This document shows positions 23,917 to 35,227 of a DNA stretch of 64,000 bases, piece by piece (the stretch's first letter is position 1; each line of letters begins with the position of its first letter). The DNA is taken from assembly GCF_964213995.1 (NCBI RefSeq), contig NC_135814.1:20398001-20462000 (forward strand), written 5' to 3'. The stretch comes from Mustelus asterias (Eukaryota). Below the pieces are notes generated by a model that saw only the letters and a program-made list of their open reading frames with translations, did not search any database and was not told the DNA's origin. The translations under genes and the position numbers were made by a program.

Positions 23917-24106
23917 TGACCAGAATTCTCTGGCCATTCACACCGGCGGGATTCTCCAGTTCTGTCGGCAGTGCATACCCATCCATAGGTTTCTCACCGG
24001 CGTGGGGTGACGTCATGGGAATTCCCATTGACAACGGCTGCCAGCAAACAACGTGCCACCGCCCACCAGTGAGAAACACACGGTTCGGAGCTGGAGAATC
24101 GCACCC
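23917..24106. mobile_element. Short palindromic MITE
   Basis: Ends GACCAGAATTCTC ... GGAGAATCGCACCC with a central GTCATGGGAATTCCCATTGAC. Confidence 0.75.
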
Positions 24107-25344
24107 ATCATTTTTCATTTAGATTTGATTTAACAGATAGTTCAATAATCCGACATAGTGGAGCATCCCGAGTCTAGAATCATTGTCAGGCAATTGAGCT
24201 GGTTGGACATGTTTCTCGAGGTTTAACCTAATGACCTTGTGCCACCAACCTACCCCATAACCACCCAGTTACATGACCTTCATTCACATCTAATATACTT
24301 AGAGCGAATAAACAAGACCCAATTTGTTTTTATGCCCTGATCATGTTTCTCCTGGGAAGCTTGCAGTGTTGTGAACATGTAAAAACAGACACTGAGCGAG
24401 CCAAAGAAGAAAACAATGGAGCAAAATCTGGGTCAAACATTTGGGGTGGCTGAAGTCTCACCACCAATGGGAGACAAAACCATGGAAATGCAGGTGGTAT
24501 TTTGTCAGTGGACGCCAATTAACATGCAACCAACTGCCAGCCTCAATTGAGGACGGAGGCTCCCTCCCAAACCAGAGGCCATTGCTGAGACTGAAGCTTC
24601 AGGATGTGAGGAGCCTCAATGCCAAGTGTCCTGAAGGAGCAGGCTGGATTTGTGAGAAGCCAGGTCTAGCAGTGAGGCCACAGCAATCAACGGGAGTTGT
24701 TTCTGATGCACTAGCAACACCAGTGTCGTGGGCAATCATCCATTGGGCCATGGTATGGGGTGCCCACCGAGGATGGCATCCCCCATCCCTTGTGGGCATC
24801 CCCCACATTGGCAGGCCGATCTGTTGGCAACATGTTGGCAGGCTGTCCCGATGCAGGCAAAATGCCCACGGGGACAAGAGGTGGCCCTTCATTAGGCTAT
24901 CATGTGGCACAATTGGCCGCCCGGTGGGTATTGTACTCATGACGCCTTCCCACACCCTGATACTAGCCCACCCTCCTCCGAGCCGGATCCAAAAGGCCAA
25001 GTTAAATTGAGCCCAGCCATACAGGTCGACAAAAGTTCAACATCTGTTTCTCTTCACAGATGTTGCCAGCTAGACCTGCCGATTATTTATAATATTTTCT
25101 GTATTTGAAGTTATGAACATTCTGGCTCAGCCTGATTATAGTAATCATTAGAAATAATATATTTCTGGTACTTACAGAATTCATTCCTCAAAATGGCACA
25201 AGTAATGAAGACCAAGCCATGAAACAGATTTGTATTTATTTCTCATGTTTATCACAGAATCTCTAATTAGTATCCTGCCCGAGACAGTTCCAGACTGACT
25301 GGATAAAACTGTTCAAGATATTGCTTCAATGTCTTTTGAAGATA

Positions 25345-25655
25345 TCACAGTGTTTAGCACTGCTGCCTCACATCGCCAGAGACCCAGGTTCGATTCCCGG
25401 CTTGGGTCACTGTCTGTGCGGAGTCTGCACGATCTCCCCATGTCTGCATGCGTTTCCTCCGGGTGCTCCGGTTTTCTCCCACAGTCCAAAGATGTGCGGG
25501 TTTGGCAGATTGGCCATGCTAATTTGCTCCTTAGTGTCAGGGGGACTAGCTAGGGTAAATACATGGGGTTATGGGGATAGGGCCTGGGTGGGATTGTGGT
25601 CGGTGCAGACTCGATGGGCTGAATGGTCTCCTTCTGCACTGTCGGGATTCTATGA
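25345..25655 (+). mobile_element. HE1 SINE
   Basis: Head, core and CR1-type tail. Confidence 0.9.
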
Positions 25656-25712
25656 AAATTGTATCTCTCACAACTACTTTGGATGGTCAGTAAATTAGAA
25701 TATTTAAAACGT

Positions 25713-25851
25713 GGGCCAGAATTCTCCCGTCTCGCCCATCGTGAGAATCGCAGTGGGTGGGATGGAAAATTCGGCAGACCGTTCAAAGGTCCGTTGAGCC
25801 TCAGGTGGGAATTTCCGGTTTTGGGACATGGGCAGCCAGTGAATTCCACCC
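25713..25851. mobile_element. Short MITE
   Basis: GGGCCAGAATTCTC ... GTGAATTCCACCC termini. Confidence 0.6.
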
Positions 25852-26100
25852 ATTATTGTAAAACTCCCGCTGCTGATAACAGCTTCACAAAATATTTGTA
25901 TTTCAATCGAATGGTTCAACTCATTGGCCTGTTACAAACACTTGGAATGATGATTGGATCACAGAATCATAGAATGGTAACAGCACGGAAGGAGGCCCAT
26001 CGGCCCATTGTGTCTGTACATGCTTGCTGCAAGAACAACTCGCCTAGTCTCATTCCCTTACCCTTTCACGGCAGCAGTGTGATTAGCTAGATAATTATTA

Positions 26101-26418
26101 GGGTGGCACAGTGGTTAGCACTGCTGCCTCACAGCGCCAGGGACCCGGGTTCAATTCCTGGCTTGGGTCACTGTCTGTGTGGAGTTTGCACGTTCTCCCC
26201 GTGTCTGCGTGGGTTTCCTCCGGGTGCTCCGGTTTCCTCCCTCAGTCCAAAGATGTGCAGGTCAGGTGGATTGGCCATGTTAAATTGCCCCATACTGTCA
26301 GGGGGGCTAGCTACGGTAAATGCACAGGGTTATGGGGATAGGGCCTGGGTGGGATTGTGGTCGATGCAGACCCGATGGGTCAAATGGCCTCCTTCTGCAC
26401 TGTAGGGATTCTATGATT
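26101..26418 (+). mobile_element. HE1 SINE
   Basis: Head, core and ...GGGATTCTATGATTC tail. Confidence 0.92.
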
Positions 26419-26439
26419 CCATTCAGCTATGTTATTTGA

Positions 26440-27195
26440 ATCAGCCTCCACTACTCAGGTAGCACAGTCCAGATCCTAACCACGCTTTTGTAAAAAGGAT
26501 TTTCCGCATCTTCCTGTTGCTTCTTTCAGCTATCACCTTAAATTGGTGTCCTCTGGTTCTCGATCCTTCTGCCAATGGGAACAGTTTCTCCCTATCTACT
26601 CTGTCCAGGCCCCTCATGATTTTGAACACCTCTATCACATCTCCTCTGAATCTCCTCTTCTCTAAGGAGTCCAAGGATGTCAGCCCAGGTTTCTCCAATC
26701 TGTCTTTCAACTGAAGTTTCCCATCCCTGGAACCATTCTTGTGAGTCTTTTCTGCACCCTCTCCAATGTCTTCACATTACGGGGATAGGGCTTGGGTTGA
26801 TTGCTCTGGCGGAGAGCCAGTGCAGACTCAATGGGCCAAATGGCCTCCTTCTGCACAGTAGGAATTCAATACTCTATGCCACTATTTTTAAAGCTCAGGA
26901 TCCCATAACTTTCATTAACTACTTTCCAAACCTGCCCTGCCACCTTCAATGATTTGTGCACATGTAGCCCCAGGTTCCTGTGCTCCTGCGACACTTCTAG
27001 AATTGTACCATTTAATTTATTTGGCCTTTGCTCATTCTTCATACCAAAATGGATCACTTCACACTTCTCTGCATTCAATCCCATCTGCCACTTATCTGTC
27101 CACTCCAACTACCTGTCTGTGTCCTCCTGGAGTTTATCACAATCCTCCTCACAAAGTGACAACAATTCCAAGTTTTTCTGTCACCTGTGAAGTTG
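26440..27195 (-). mobile_element. CR1 RT/3' fragment with an inserted SINE tail (26778-26865)
   Basis: EWTDKWQMGLNAEKCEVIHFG and RRFRGDVIEVFKIMRGLDRV translations. Confidence 0.88.
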
Positions 27196-28406
27196 GAAAT
27201 GAGATAGGTGTCAATCTATGCACTGTGATATCACATATTTACAGGATCAAGAAAGATTGGTGACAATGAGTCAACATTGACCACAGCAATAAGGTGAACA
27301 CCTGGCTAACGGAACCATCCATGTATCAGATTAATATTCATTGCAGCTCAAGGAAACAGTTAGTAGGAAATGATTTTTAACTGTTTGTTCTGTGAACAAA
27401 AGAAGTAATCCAATGAAGGATCTTTAATAGACAAAAATGTACAATATTTGACAGACTTTATAATCTGTGCCCTCCCCCATTGTGTGTTTGGTGGTGGGGA
27501 GGGGTTACTTAAGCAGGCGGGAAGGTATGGGTACGGACCCCACCCACCACCTTCCGCCACCACAGTGACTGCCTTCCCATCCCACTGCCAACTGTGGGCC
27601 ACATCCCACTGCCTGGTATTAATCCAGCAGTGGTTGGGGGGCTCACCATGTGGGGAGCAAGCATGTGCAGGGGTTACTTGCAGGTTCCTAGAGAGAGTCC
27701 CTTGTTTAGGGCACTCAATGCCTGAGGGAAGGGCCTAACATCAGGATGGGAGGAGCCCGCTGAGATTGCCTTGCCCCCTTGCTGACACCTCTCCTCTCCC
27801 ACAACACAAACACCTCAATCCTCCACCCACAATTACTCATCTTTTATTTATTCTTTCACAGGATGTCCAGTTAAATGCTTAGGTGGCACTTAATCCAGTG
27901 GCTTTCCTTAAAGCAGACAATAGGGGGCTCCTGCCAACTCTGCAGCCAGAATTGAGACCCCCATTGCCACCATTTAATCTAGCCCAATGCTTTTTTTATT
28001 CATTCGTGGGACATGGGCGTCGCTGGCTGGCCAGCATTTATTGCCCAACCCTTGAGAAGGTGGTGGTGAGCCGCCTTCTTGAATCGCTGCAGTCCATGTT
28101 CTTTGGGTTGACCCACAATGCCGTTGGGGAGGAAATTCCAGGATTTTGACCCAGCGATTGCAAAGGAACGGCGATATATTTCCAAGTCAGGATGGTGAGT
28201 GTCTTGGAACTTGCAGGTGGTGGTATTCCCATTTATCTACTGCCCTTGTCCTTCTAGATGGAAGTGGTCGTGGGTTTGGAAGGTGCTATCTAAGGATCTT
28301 TGGTGTAGATCAATGAGCTTTTATCAGAACTGGGTAAAAAGATAGAAATCTAATAGGTTTTGAGAAAATGAAAGGGGGAAGGGGGAGCGAAAGAACTAAA
28401 GAGAAG

Positions 28407-28598
28407 GACCAAGATCCTCCGGCCTTCCAGCCACGTGTTTCCCGCCAGCGGGGGGAGGCGTGTTGTTTGTTAATGGCAGGGATTCTCTGGTCGCACCGCA
28501 GTCAATGGGAATTCCCATTGACATCACCCCATGCTGGCAGGAAACCCACTGTGGGACCGGTGAATCTCGCTGGTGTGAACAGCCAGAGAATTCCGGCC
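28407..28598. mobile_element. Short palindromic MITE with probable AAG TSD
   Basis: AAG|GACCAAGATCCTCC ... GAGAATTCCGGCC|AAG, with a perfect 22-bp palindrome GTCAATGGGAATTCCCATTGAC at 28501-28522. Confidence 0.75.
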
Positions 28599-29645
28599 AA
28601 GGTCTGTAACATGATGGAGGACAGGTGAAATTAAATGACAAAACGTCTCATATTACAAATGCCAATGGAAGTTCCATGCAGCCATTTGCGTCTATTCTTT
28701 ATCTGTCCCATTGCTACTTCCTTTGGTTGGAAAGTGGGTAACTGTGCCTTGCCCAATCTGATCGCCAGCAGAATGGCCGGGATTCTGGATCATGGTGGAG
28801 GACCAGCACACTGGCCAACACACCAGGAAATTCTGAGTCTCCACTTTGAGCTAAAATCTTGTCCCTAATCGCCGAGGCAGGAAAACACTGACACTTAAAC
28901 ACTGACACTGTACTGTCCTGCAGAATAACACCATTGCTATGGCAATCTAGGCTTGGAGAAGCATTCAGTCACAAGACAATGATGTTATTTCCAACGTAAT
29001 TGCTCTGAACTCATTGTAATTTCAGAGCCACCATAGTAGTGAATACGGAATATTATTGTGTCATTCAAAGGATAATGTCGCACAGATAAATTCTGCTAAT
29101 TGCTTCCACCATGGCCTGAAATTGACTATTAGTCACAATTTGGTGCTCTCATTCAAAGGGAGAAAGAACTATTGCAAGATCCAATGCCACAATCTAGTCA
29201 CTTGCGGAATAAAAAAATGAAAAGTGTTGGTACATTAAAAGCCTTTCCTGGTGTCAGCGCAATCTCCAGACTATCTGTGCTCCTTATAATTACTAATTAC
29301 AACCAAAACAAATTGGATGTGTGGGTTAACACAGTTTTCAGAATAAATGATAGTACACATGATGAACACTGTAGATCTCTTTGTAACTGCAAACGTTCAA
29401 ATGCAGTAGGTGCAAATGAAGTCTTTGGACTCTCTCACAATATAGCACTTCGACTGCATATTCCATTTTTAGTTTATTCAAAATTCAAGTCTTTTAAAAC
29501 CATGATTTGGTGCAATTCTGATATGTCGCATTTAACAGCCGATTTAGGTGGTAGAGGTCTAGTCTATTATTTGCTCTATTTAATATGTCTTCTGTTTCAT
29601 CCACCACTGTAAACTATAATTAATGTCATACTCATGTTTCAAACA

Positions 29646-29932
29646 TGGGCAGCACGGTGGCATGGTGGTTAGCACTGCTGTCTCACAGCGCCAGGGTCAC
29701 AGGTTCGATTCCCGGCTTGGGTCTCTGTTTGTGTGAAGTCTGCACCTTCACCCCGTGTCTGCGTGGGTTTCCTCCGGCTGCTCTGTTTTCCTCCCAAGGT
29801 CCGAAACACATGCTGGTTAGTGTGCATTGGCCATGCTAAATTCTCCCTCACGTACCTGAATAGGTGCCAGAATGTGACAACTAGGGGATTTTCACAATAA
29901 CTTCATTGCAATGTAAGCACTAATAAATAATT
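29646..29932 (+). mobile_element. V-SINE, tail type B
   Basis: Head, core and ACTAGGGGATTTTCACA..TAATAAATAA tail. Confidence 0.9.
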
Positions 29933-31084
29933 TTTTAAAAAAGGAATAACAAGCAGTACTTAATACTTTAGTGAAGCAATAATTTGTATGTTTGTACAAC
30001 ATTGGAAACCAATTACAGATGTCAAACAATAATTGCTGTGGTCCCGGTCATCGGAGCTCCAACATGCTGAGCCATATAACTGCAGATTATGTCCCTTATT
30101 TCCTCACATGCAATTTGTGCCACTGGGGCTTGAGCTGGCCGGGCATCTGAAACTTCTCTACCGTAGGCACTCCAGACCACTCTCGGAAAAGAGATGGTTT
30201 ATTTGAAGTTTCAAAAAACATTGGAATTGTGAGACAAATGAAGAATGAGGTCCACGTAGTTCATCTTCCGCCATCGTGCTAGACACTTGGCACAATTATA
30301 ATGGAGTGATCAACTAAACAATCTCCATCAAGGTTTTGCAACAGGCCCAAGGAATGCTCCAGAGGCAGAAAGCCTTGAGAAATGTTGCAAACTCACCTGC
30401 TTCCTCAATAATGCAATGAATACGATGTGCCATGTCTTAAATTATTCATGCACTGTATCCCACAATATTATTTTTCAAAAGAAATGTTAATAAATTGTAT
30501 TTGAATGAATGAATATTATTTGCTCCCGCCACCTTCAGAGCCTGTTCCATGTGATGGACTCACTTGCTCATTGAAATCATCCATGTATTCCTTTTGAATT
30601 TATCTGCTTTCAGTACAGGCCATGTCCTTTTGTTCTGATGTTTCTGGACTGGGTAAAACAGCTTATCATGGTCTATGTTATATAGTCCCCATAAATCCTA
30701 AAAATAGCCATCATATCATCTCTCCCAACTTTCTCTTTTCTGGTGAGAATTTCTCAATATACATAATCACCTCTCATAATCTAATCACTCCAACCCCTCA
30801 ATCATTCTGGTTGATCTCGAATTTTCAATAGCAGAAATGTCCACTTTGTACCGGATGACCTGGAACTATACTATACAATGTGTTACAATCAAGTGAGCAG
30901 GGGTGGCATGGCTCCTCTCTCTTTTCCCATTCCTTGTATATCTGCAACAGGTATTTTTTTGAGGACAGGCTTGCTAATTCAGTGAATGTTTAACTGTTTA
31001 CAGGCTGTGACTACAAAATAAATATCCAGTCAAGTTTCCTTGTCAGTGTTTAACAAGAAAAGAGAATAGCATTTATTGTACTTA

Positions 31085-31851
31085 ATAAATGTGAGGTGAT
31101 TCATTTTGGTAGGACAAATTTAAATGTGGATTACAGGGTCAAAGGTAGGGTTCTGAAGACTGTGGAGGAACAGAGAGATCTTGGGGTCCATATCCACAGA
31201 TCTCTAAAGGTTGCCACTCAAGTGGATAGAGCTGTGAAGAAGGCCTATAGTGTGTTAGCTTTTATTAACAGGGGGTTGGAGTTTAAGAGCCGTGGGGTTA
31301 TGCTGCAACTGTACAGGACCTTGGTGAGACCACATTTGGAATATTGTGTGCAGTTCTGGTCACCTCACTATAAGAAGGATGTGGAAGCGCTGGAAAGAGT
31401 GCAGAGGAGATTTACCAGGCTGCTGCCTGGTTTGGAGGGTAGGTCATATGAGGAAAGGTTGAGGGAGCTAGGGCTGTTTTCTCTGGAGCGGAGGAGGCTG
31501 AGGGGAGACTTAATAGAGGTGTATAAAATGATGAAGGGGATAGATAGAGTGAACGTTCAAAGACTATTTCCTCGGGTGGATGGAGCTATTACAAGGGGGC
31601 ATAACTATAGGGTTCGTGGTGGGAGATACAGGACGGATATCAGAGGTAGGTTCTTTACGCAGAGAGTGGTTGGGGTGTGGAATGGACTGCCTGCAGTGAT
31701 AGTGGAGTCAGACACTTTAGAAACATTTAAGCGGTTATTGGATAGGCACATGGAGCACACCAGGATGATAGGGAGTGGGATAGCTTGATCTTGGTTTCAG
31801 ATAAAGCTCGGCACAACATCGTGGGCCGAAGGGCCTGTTCTGTGCTGTACT
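31085..31851 (+). mobile_element. Young 5'-truncated CR1; its (TTCTATG)n tail resumes at 35106-35130
   Basis: Uninterrupted ORF 31096-31788 (KCEVIHFG..RPHLEYCVQFWSP..RGDLIEVYK). The tail is split by the antisense CR1, with a TGTACT duplication (31846-31851, 35106-35111). Confidence 0.93.
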
Positions 31852-31941
31852 AAGAACATAAGAAATAGGAGCAGGAGTAGGCCATCTAGCCCCTCGAGCC
31901 TGCCCCGCCATTCAATAAGATCATGGCTGATCTGACGTGGA

Positions 31942-34900
31942 TCAGTACCACTTACCCGCCTGATCCCCATAACCCTTAATTCCCTTACCGATCAGGAATC
32001 CATCCATCCGCGCTTTAAACATATTCAGCGAGGTAGCCTCCACCACCTCAGTGGGCAGAGAATTCCAGAGATTCACCACCCTCTGGGAGAAGAAGTTCCT
32101 CCTCAACTCTGTCTTAAACCGACCCCCCTTTATTTTGAGGCTGTGTCCTCTAGTTTTAACTTCCTTACTAAGTGGAAAGAATCTCTCCGCCTCCACCCTA
32201 TCCAGCCCCCGCATTATCTTATAAGTCTCCATAAGATCCCCCCTCATCCTTCTAAACTCCAACGAGTACAAACCCAATCTCCTCAGCCTCTCCTCATAAT
32301 CCAAACCCCTCATCTCAGGTATCAACCTGGTGAACCTTCTCTGCACTCCCTCCAATGCCAATATATCCTTCCTCATATAAGGGGACCAATACTGCACACA
32401 GTATTCCAGCTGCGGCCTCACCAATGCCCTGTACAGGTGCATCAAGACATCCCTGCTTTTATATTCTATCCCCTTCGCAATATAGGCCAACATCCCATTT
32501 GCCTTCTTGATCACCTGTTGTACCTGCAGACTGGGCTTTTGCGTCTCATGCACAAGGACCCCCAGGTCCCTTTGCACGGTAGCATGTTTTAATTTGTTTC
32601 CATTGAGATAGTAATCCCATTTGTTATTATTTCCTCCAAAGTGTATAACCTCGCATTTCTCAACGTTATACTCCATTTGCCATATCCTCGCCCACTCACT
32701 CAGCCTGTCCAAATCTCTCTGCAGATCTTCTCCGTCCTCCACACGATTCACTTTTCCACTTATCTTTGTGTCGTCTGCAAACTTCGTTACCCTACACTCC
32801 GTCCCCTCCTCCAGATCATCTATATAAATGGTAAATAGTTGCGGCCCGAGTACCGATCCCTGCGGCACGCCACTAGTTACCTTCCTCCAACCGGAAAAAC
32901 ACCCATTTATTCCGACTCTTTGCTTCCTGTCGGATAGCCAGTCCCCAATCCACTTTAACACACTACCCCCAACTCCGTGTGCCCTAATCTTCTTCAGTAG
33001 CCTTTTATGGGGCACCTTATCAAACGCCTTTTGGAAATCCAAAAACACCGCATCCACCGGTTCTCCTCCATCAACCGCCCTAGTCACATCTTCATAAAAA
33101 TCCAACATGTTCGTCAAGCACGACTTTCCCCTCATGAATCCATGCTGCGTCTGATTGATCGTACCATTTCTATCCAGATGCCCTGCTATCTCCTCTTTAA
33201 TAATGGATTCCAGCATTTTCCCTACTACAGACGTTAAGCTGACCGGCCTATAGTTACCCGCCTTTTGTCTCCTTCCTTTTTTAAACAGCGGCGTAACATT
33301 AGCCGTTTTCCAATCAACCGGCACTACCCCAGAATGCAACGAGTTTTGATAAATAATCACTAACGCATCCACTATTACCTCTGACATTTCTTTCAATACC
33401 CTGGGATGCATTCCATCCGGACCCGGGGACTTATCCACCTTCAGTCCCATTAGTCTACCCAGCACTGCCTCTCTGGTAACATTAATTGTATTAAGTATTT
33501 CTCCTGCTGCCAACCCTCTATCGTTAATATTTGGCAAACTATTTGTGTCCTCCACCGTGAAGACCGACACAAAAAACTTATTTAAAGACTCAGCCATATC
33601 CTCATTTCCCACTATTAACTCCCCCCTCTCGTCCTCCAAGGGTCCAACATTCACTCTAGCCACTCTATTCCTTTTTATATATTTATAAAAACTTTTACTA
33701 TCATTTTTTATATTAATTGCTAGCCTAGCTTCATAGTCTATCCTTCCTTTCTTTATCGCTTTCTTAGTCTCTCTTTGTTGTTTCTTAAATTTTTCCCAAT
33801 CACTTGTTTCTCCACTATTTTTGGCCACTCTGTACGCAGCTGTTTTTATTTTAATACTCTCCTTTATTTCCTTCGTTATCCACGGCTGGTTCTCCCTTTT
33901 CTTACAATCCTTGTTTTTTGCTGGAATATATTTTTGCTGAGAACTGAAAAGGATCTCCTTAAAAATCCTCCACTGTTCCTCAGCTATCCTACCTGCCAGC
34001 CTGCTCTCCCAGTCTACCTTAGCCAATTCATCCCTCATCCTATCATATTTCCCTCTGTTCAAACAGAGGACACTGGTTTGGGACCAAACTTTCTCCTCTT
34101 CCATCTGAATCAGAAATTCGACCATATTGTGGTCACTAGACCCAAGAGGGTCCTTCACAATAAGATCCTTAATTCTACCTACCTCGTTACACAATACCAG
34201 ATCCAAAATAGCTCGTTCCCTCGTCGGTTCCGTAACATGCTGTTCAAGGAAACTATCCCGACAGCATTCTAAGAACTCTTCCTCCATTCCACCCTTACCG
34301 ACTTGAGTCTGCCAGTCAATGTGCATGTTGAAGTCCCCCATGATTATTGCCGTTCCGTTTTTACACGCATCCCTTATCTGCTTGTTTATAGCCCTCCCTA
34401 CCTCAACATTATTATTTGGGGGCCTATATACCACACCTACTAGTGTCTTTCTCCCTCTACTATTCCTCATCTCTACCCATAATGATTCCACGTTTTGTTC
34501 CTCAGAGCCTATGTCATCCCTCAGTACTACCCTGATATTATCTCTTATTAATAGCGCGACCCCACCACCTTTTCCTTCCTGTCTATTCTTCCTAAACGCC
34601 TGATACCCCTGGATATTCATCTCCCAGTCCTGGTCACCTTTCAGCCACGTTTCTGTAATGGCCACTAGATCGTACCCACTCGTGCTGATTTGCACCATCA
34701 ACTCATTTACCTTGTTCCGAATGCTTCGTGCATTCAGGCAAAGTGTCCTTATTCCAGCTTTTATCTGGACCCGCTTTGATGAGTCGCGAACACCCTCTCC
34801 CTCTACTCCCTTATCTAAATTACCGCCTTCATTCACTTGCACCCTCTCCTCTACCATTAATTTTGTAATTCCCCTTACCCCTGCATCCTCCACCCCATCA

Positions 34901-34947
34901 ATTAGTTCCTTGATCCTAGTCAACTCTTCTAGCTCCCCTCCCCCCAA
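31942..34947 (-). CDS. CR1 ORF2: APE endonuclease plus reverse transcriptase (1001 codons, no stops)
   Basis: APE motifs LNARS, ITETW, YRPP, MGDFN, LDL and SDH; RT motifs YRPVSLTS, QHGF, FLDFQKAFDKVPH, GVPQGSVLGP and KFADD. The listed start is TTG; the first ATG is codon 31. Confidence 0.95.
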   Translation of the reverse strand: MGGGELEELTRIKELIDGVEDAGVRGITKLMVEERVQVNEGGNLDKGVEGEGVRDSSKRVQIKAGIRTLCLNARSIRNKVNELMVQISTSGYDLVAITETWLKGDQDWEMNIQGYQAFRKNRQEGKGGGVALLIRDNIRVVLRDDIGSEEQNVESLWVEMRNSRGRKTLVGVVYRPPNNNVEVGRAINKQIRDACKNGTAIIMGDFNMHIDWQTQVGKGGMEEEFLECCRDSFLEQHVTEPTRERAILDLVLCNEVGRIKDLIVKDPLGSSDHNMVEFLIQMEEEKVWSQTSVLCLNRGKYDRMRDELAKVDWESRLAGRIAEEQWRIFKEILFSSQQKYIPAKNKDCKKRENQPWITKEIKESIKIKTAAYRVAKNSGETSDWEKFKKQQRETKKAIKKGRIDYEARLAINIKNDSKSFYKYIKRNRVARVNVGPLEDERGELIVGNEDMAESLNKFFVSVFTVEDTNSLPNINDRGLAAGEILNTINVTREAVLGRLMGLKVDKSPGPDGMHPRVLKEMSEVIVDALVIIYQNSLHSGVVPVDWKTANVTPLFKKGRRQKAGNYRPVSLTSVVGKMLESIIKEEIAGHLDRNGTINQTQHGFMRGKSCLTNMLDFYEDVTRAVDGGEPVDAVFLDFQKAFDKVPHKRLLKKIRAHGVGGSVLKWIGDWLSDRKQRVGINGCFSGWRKVTSGVPQGSVLGPQLFTIYIDDLEEGTECRVTKFADDTKISGKVNRVEDGEDLQRDLDRLSEWARIWQMEYNVEKCEVIHFGGNNNKWDYYLNGNKLKHATVQRDLGVLVHETQKPSLQVQQVIKKANGMLAYIAKGIEYKSRDVLMHLYRALVRPQLEYCVQYWSPYMRKDILALEGVQRRFTRLIPEMRGLDYEERLRRLGLYSLEFRRMRGDLMETYKIMRGLDRVEAERFFPLSKEVKTRGHSLKIKGGRFKTELRRNFFSQRVVNLWNSLPTEVVEATSLNMFKARMDGFLIGKGIKGYGDQAGKWY

Positions 34948-34952
34948 CCTAT

Positions 34953-35096
34953 CTAGTTTAAATTCTCCCCAGTAACCTTAGCCAACCTACCGGCCAGGAT
35001 ATTGGTCCCTGTGTGATTCAAGTTCCACCCGTTTTTTGTATACAGATCACCCCTGCCCCTAAAGAGGTCCCAATGGTCCAGGAACCTGAATCCCTG
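34953..35096 (-). CDS. CR1 ORF1 C-terminal fragment (SGNH esterase-like domain end)
   Basis: Manual translation QGFRFLDHWDLFRGRGDLYTKNGWNLNHTGTNILAGRLAKVTGENLN*, matching the typical CR1 ORF1 end (GFRFLDHW..LY..DGLHLN..GT.IL..LN*). Confidence 0.88.
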   Translation of the reverse strand, partial: QGFRFLDHWDLFRGRGDLYTKNGWNLNHTGTNILAGRLAKVTGENLN

Positions 35097-35190
35097 CTGT
35101 TTTATTGTACTGTTCTATGTTCTATGTTCTTAATCCGGTCAAATAGAAAATGATAACCCCCCCGACCTTTATGCACACAAACACTCAATG

Positions 35191-35192
<2 letters not shown>

Positions 35193-35226
<34 letters not shown>
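35193..35226 (+). repeat. (CA)n microsatellite, about 17 units
   Basis: Direct reading. Confidence 0.97.

Positions 35227-35227
<1 letters not shown>

Larger units (their letters stand above)
31852..35098 (-). mobile_element. Young CR1 LINE: ORF1 C-terminus, complete ORF2 and 3' UTR
   Basis: Intact ORF2, an ORF1 remnant, the 3' stem-loop and a (TTCTTATG)-type tail. Truncated at the 5' end within ORF1. Confidence 0.96.

Noticed and set aside
26101-26170. tRNA genes at SINE heads
   Set aside because: A and B boxes are present but continue into the SINE core and tail in about 20 diverged copies, with no proper tRNA 3' end.
32143-34975. Plus-strand ORFs antisense to CR1 ORF2
   Set aside because: They are shadow ORFs of the RT coding strand, with no independent support.
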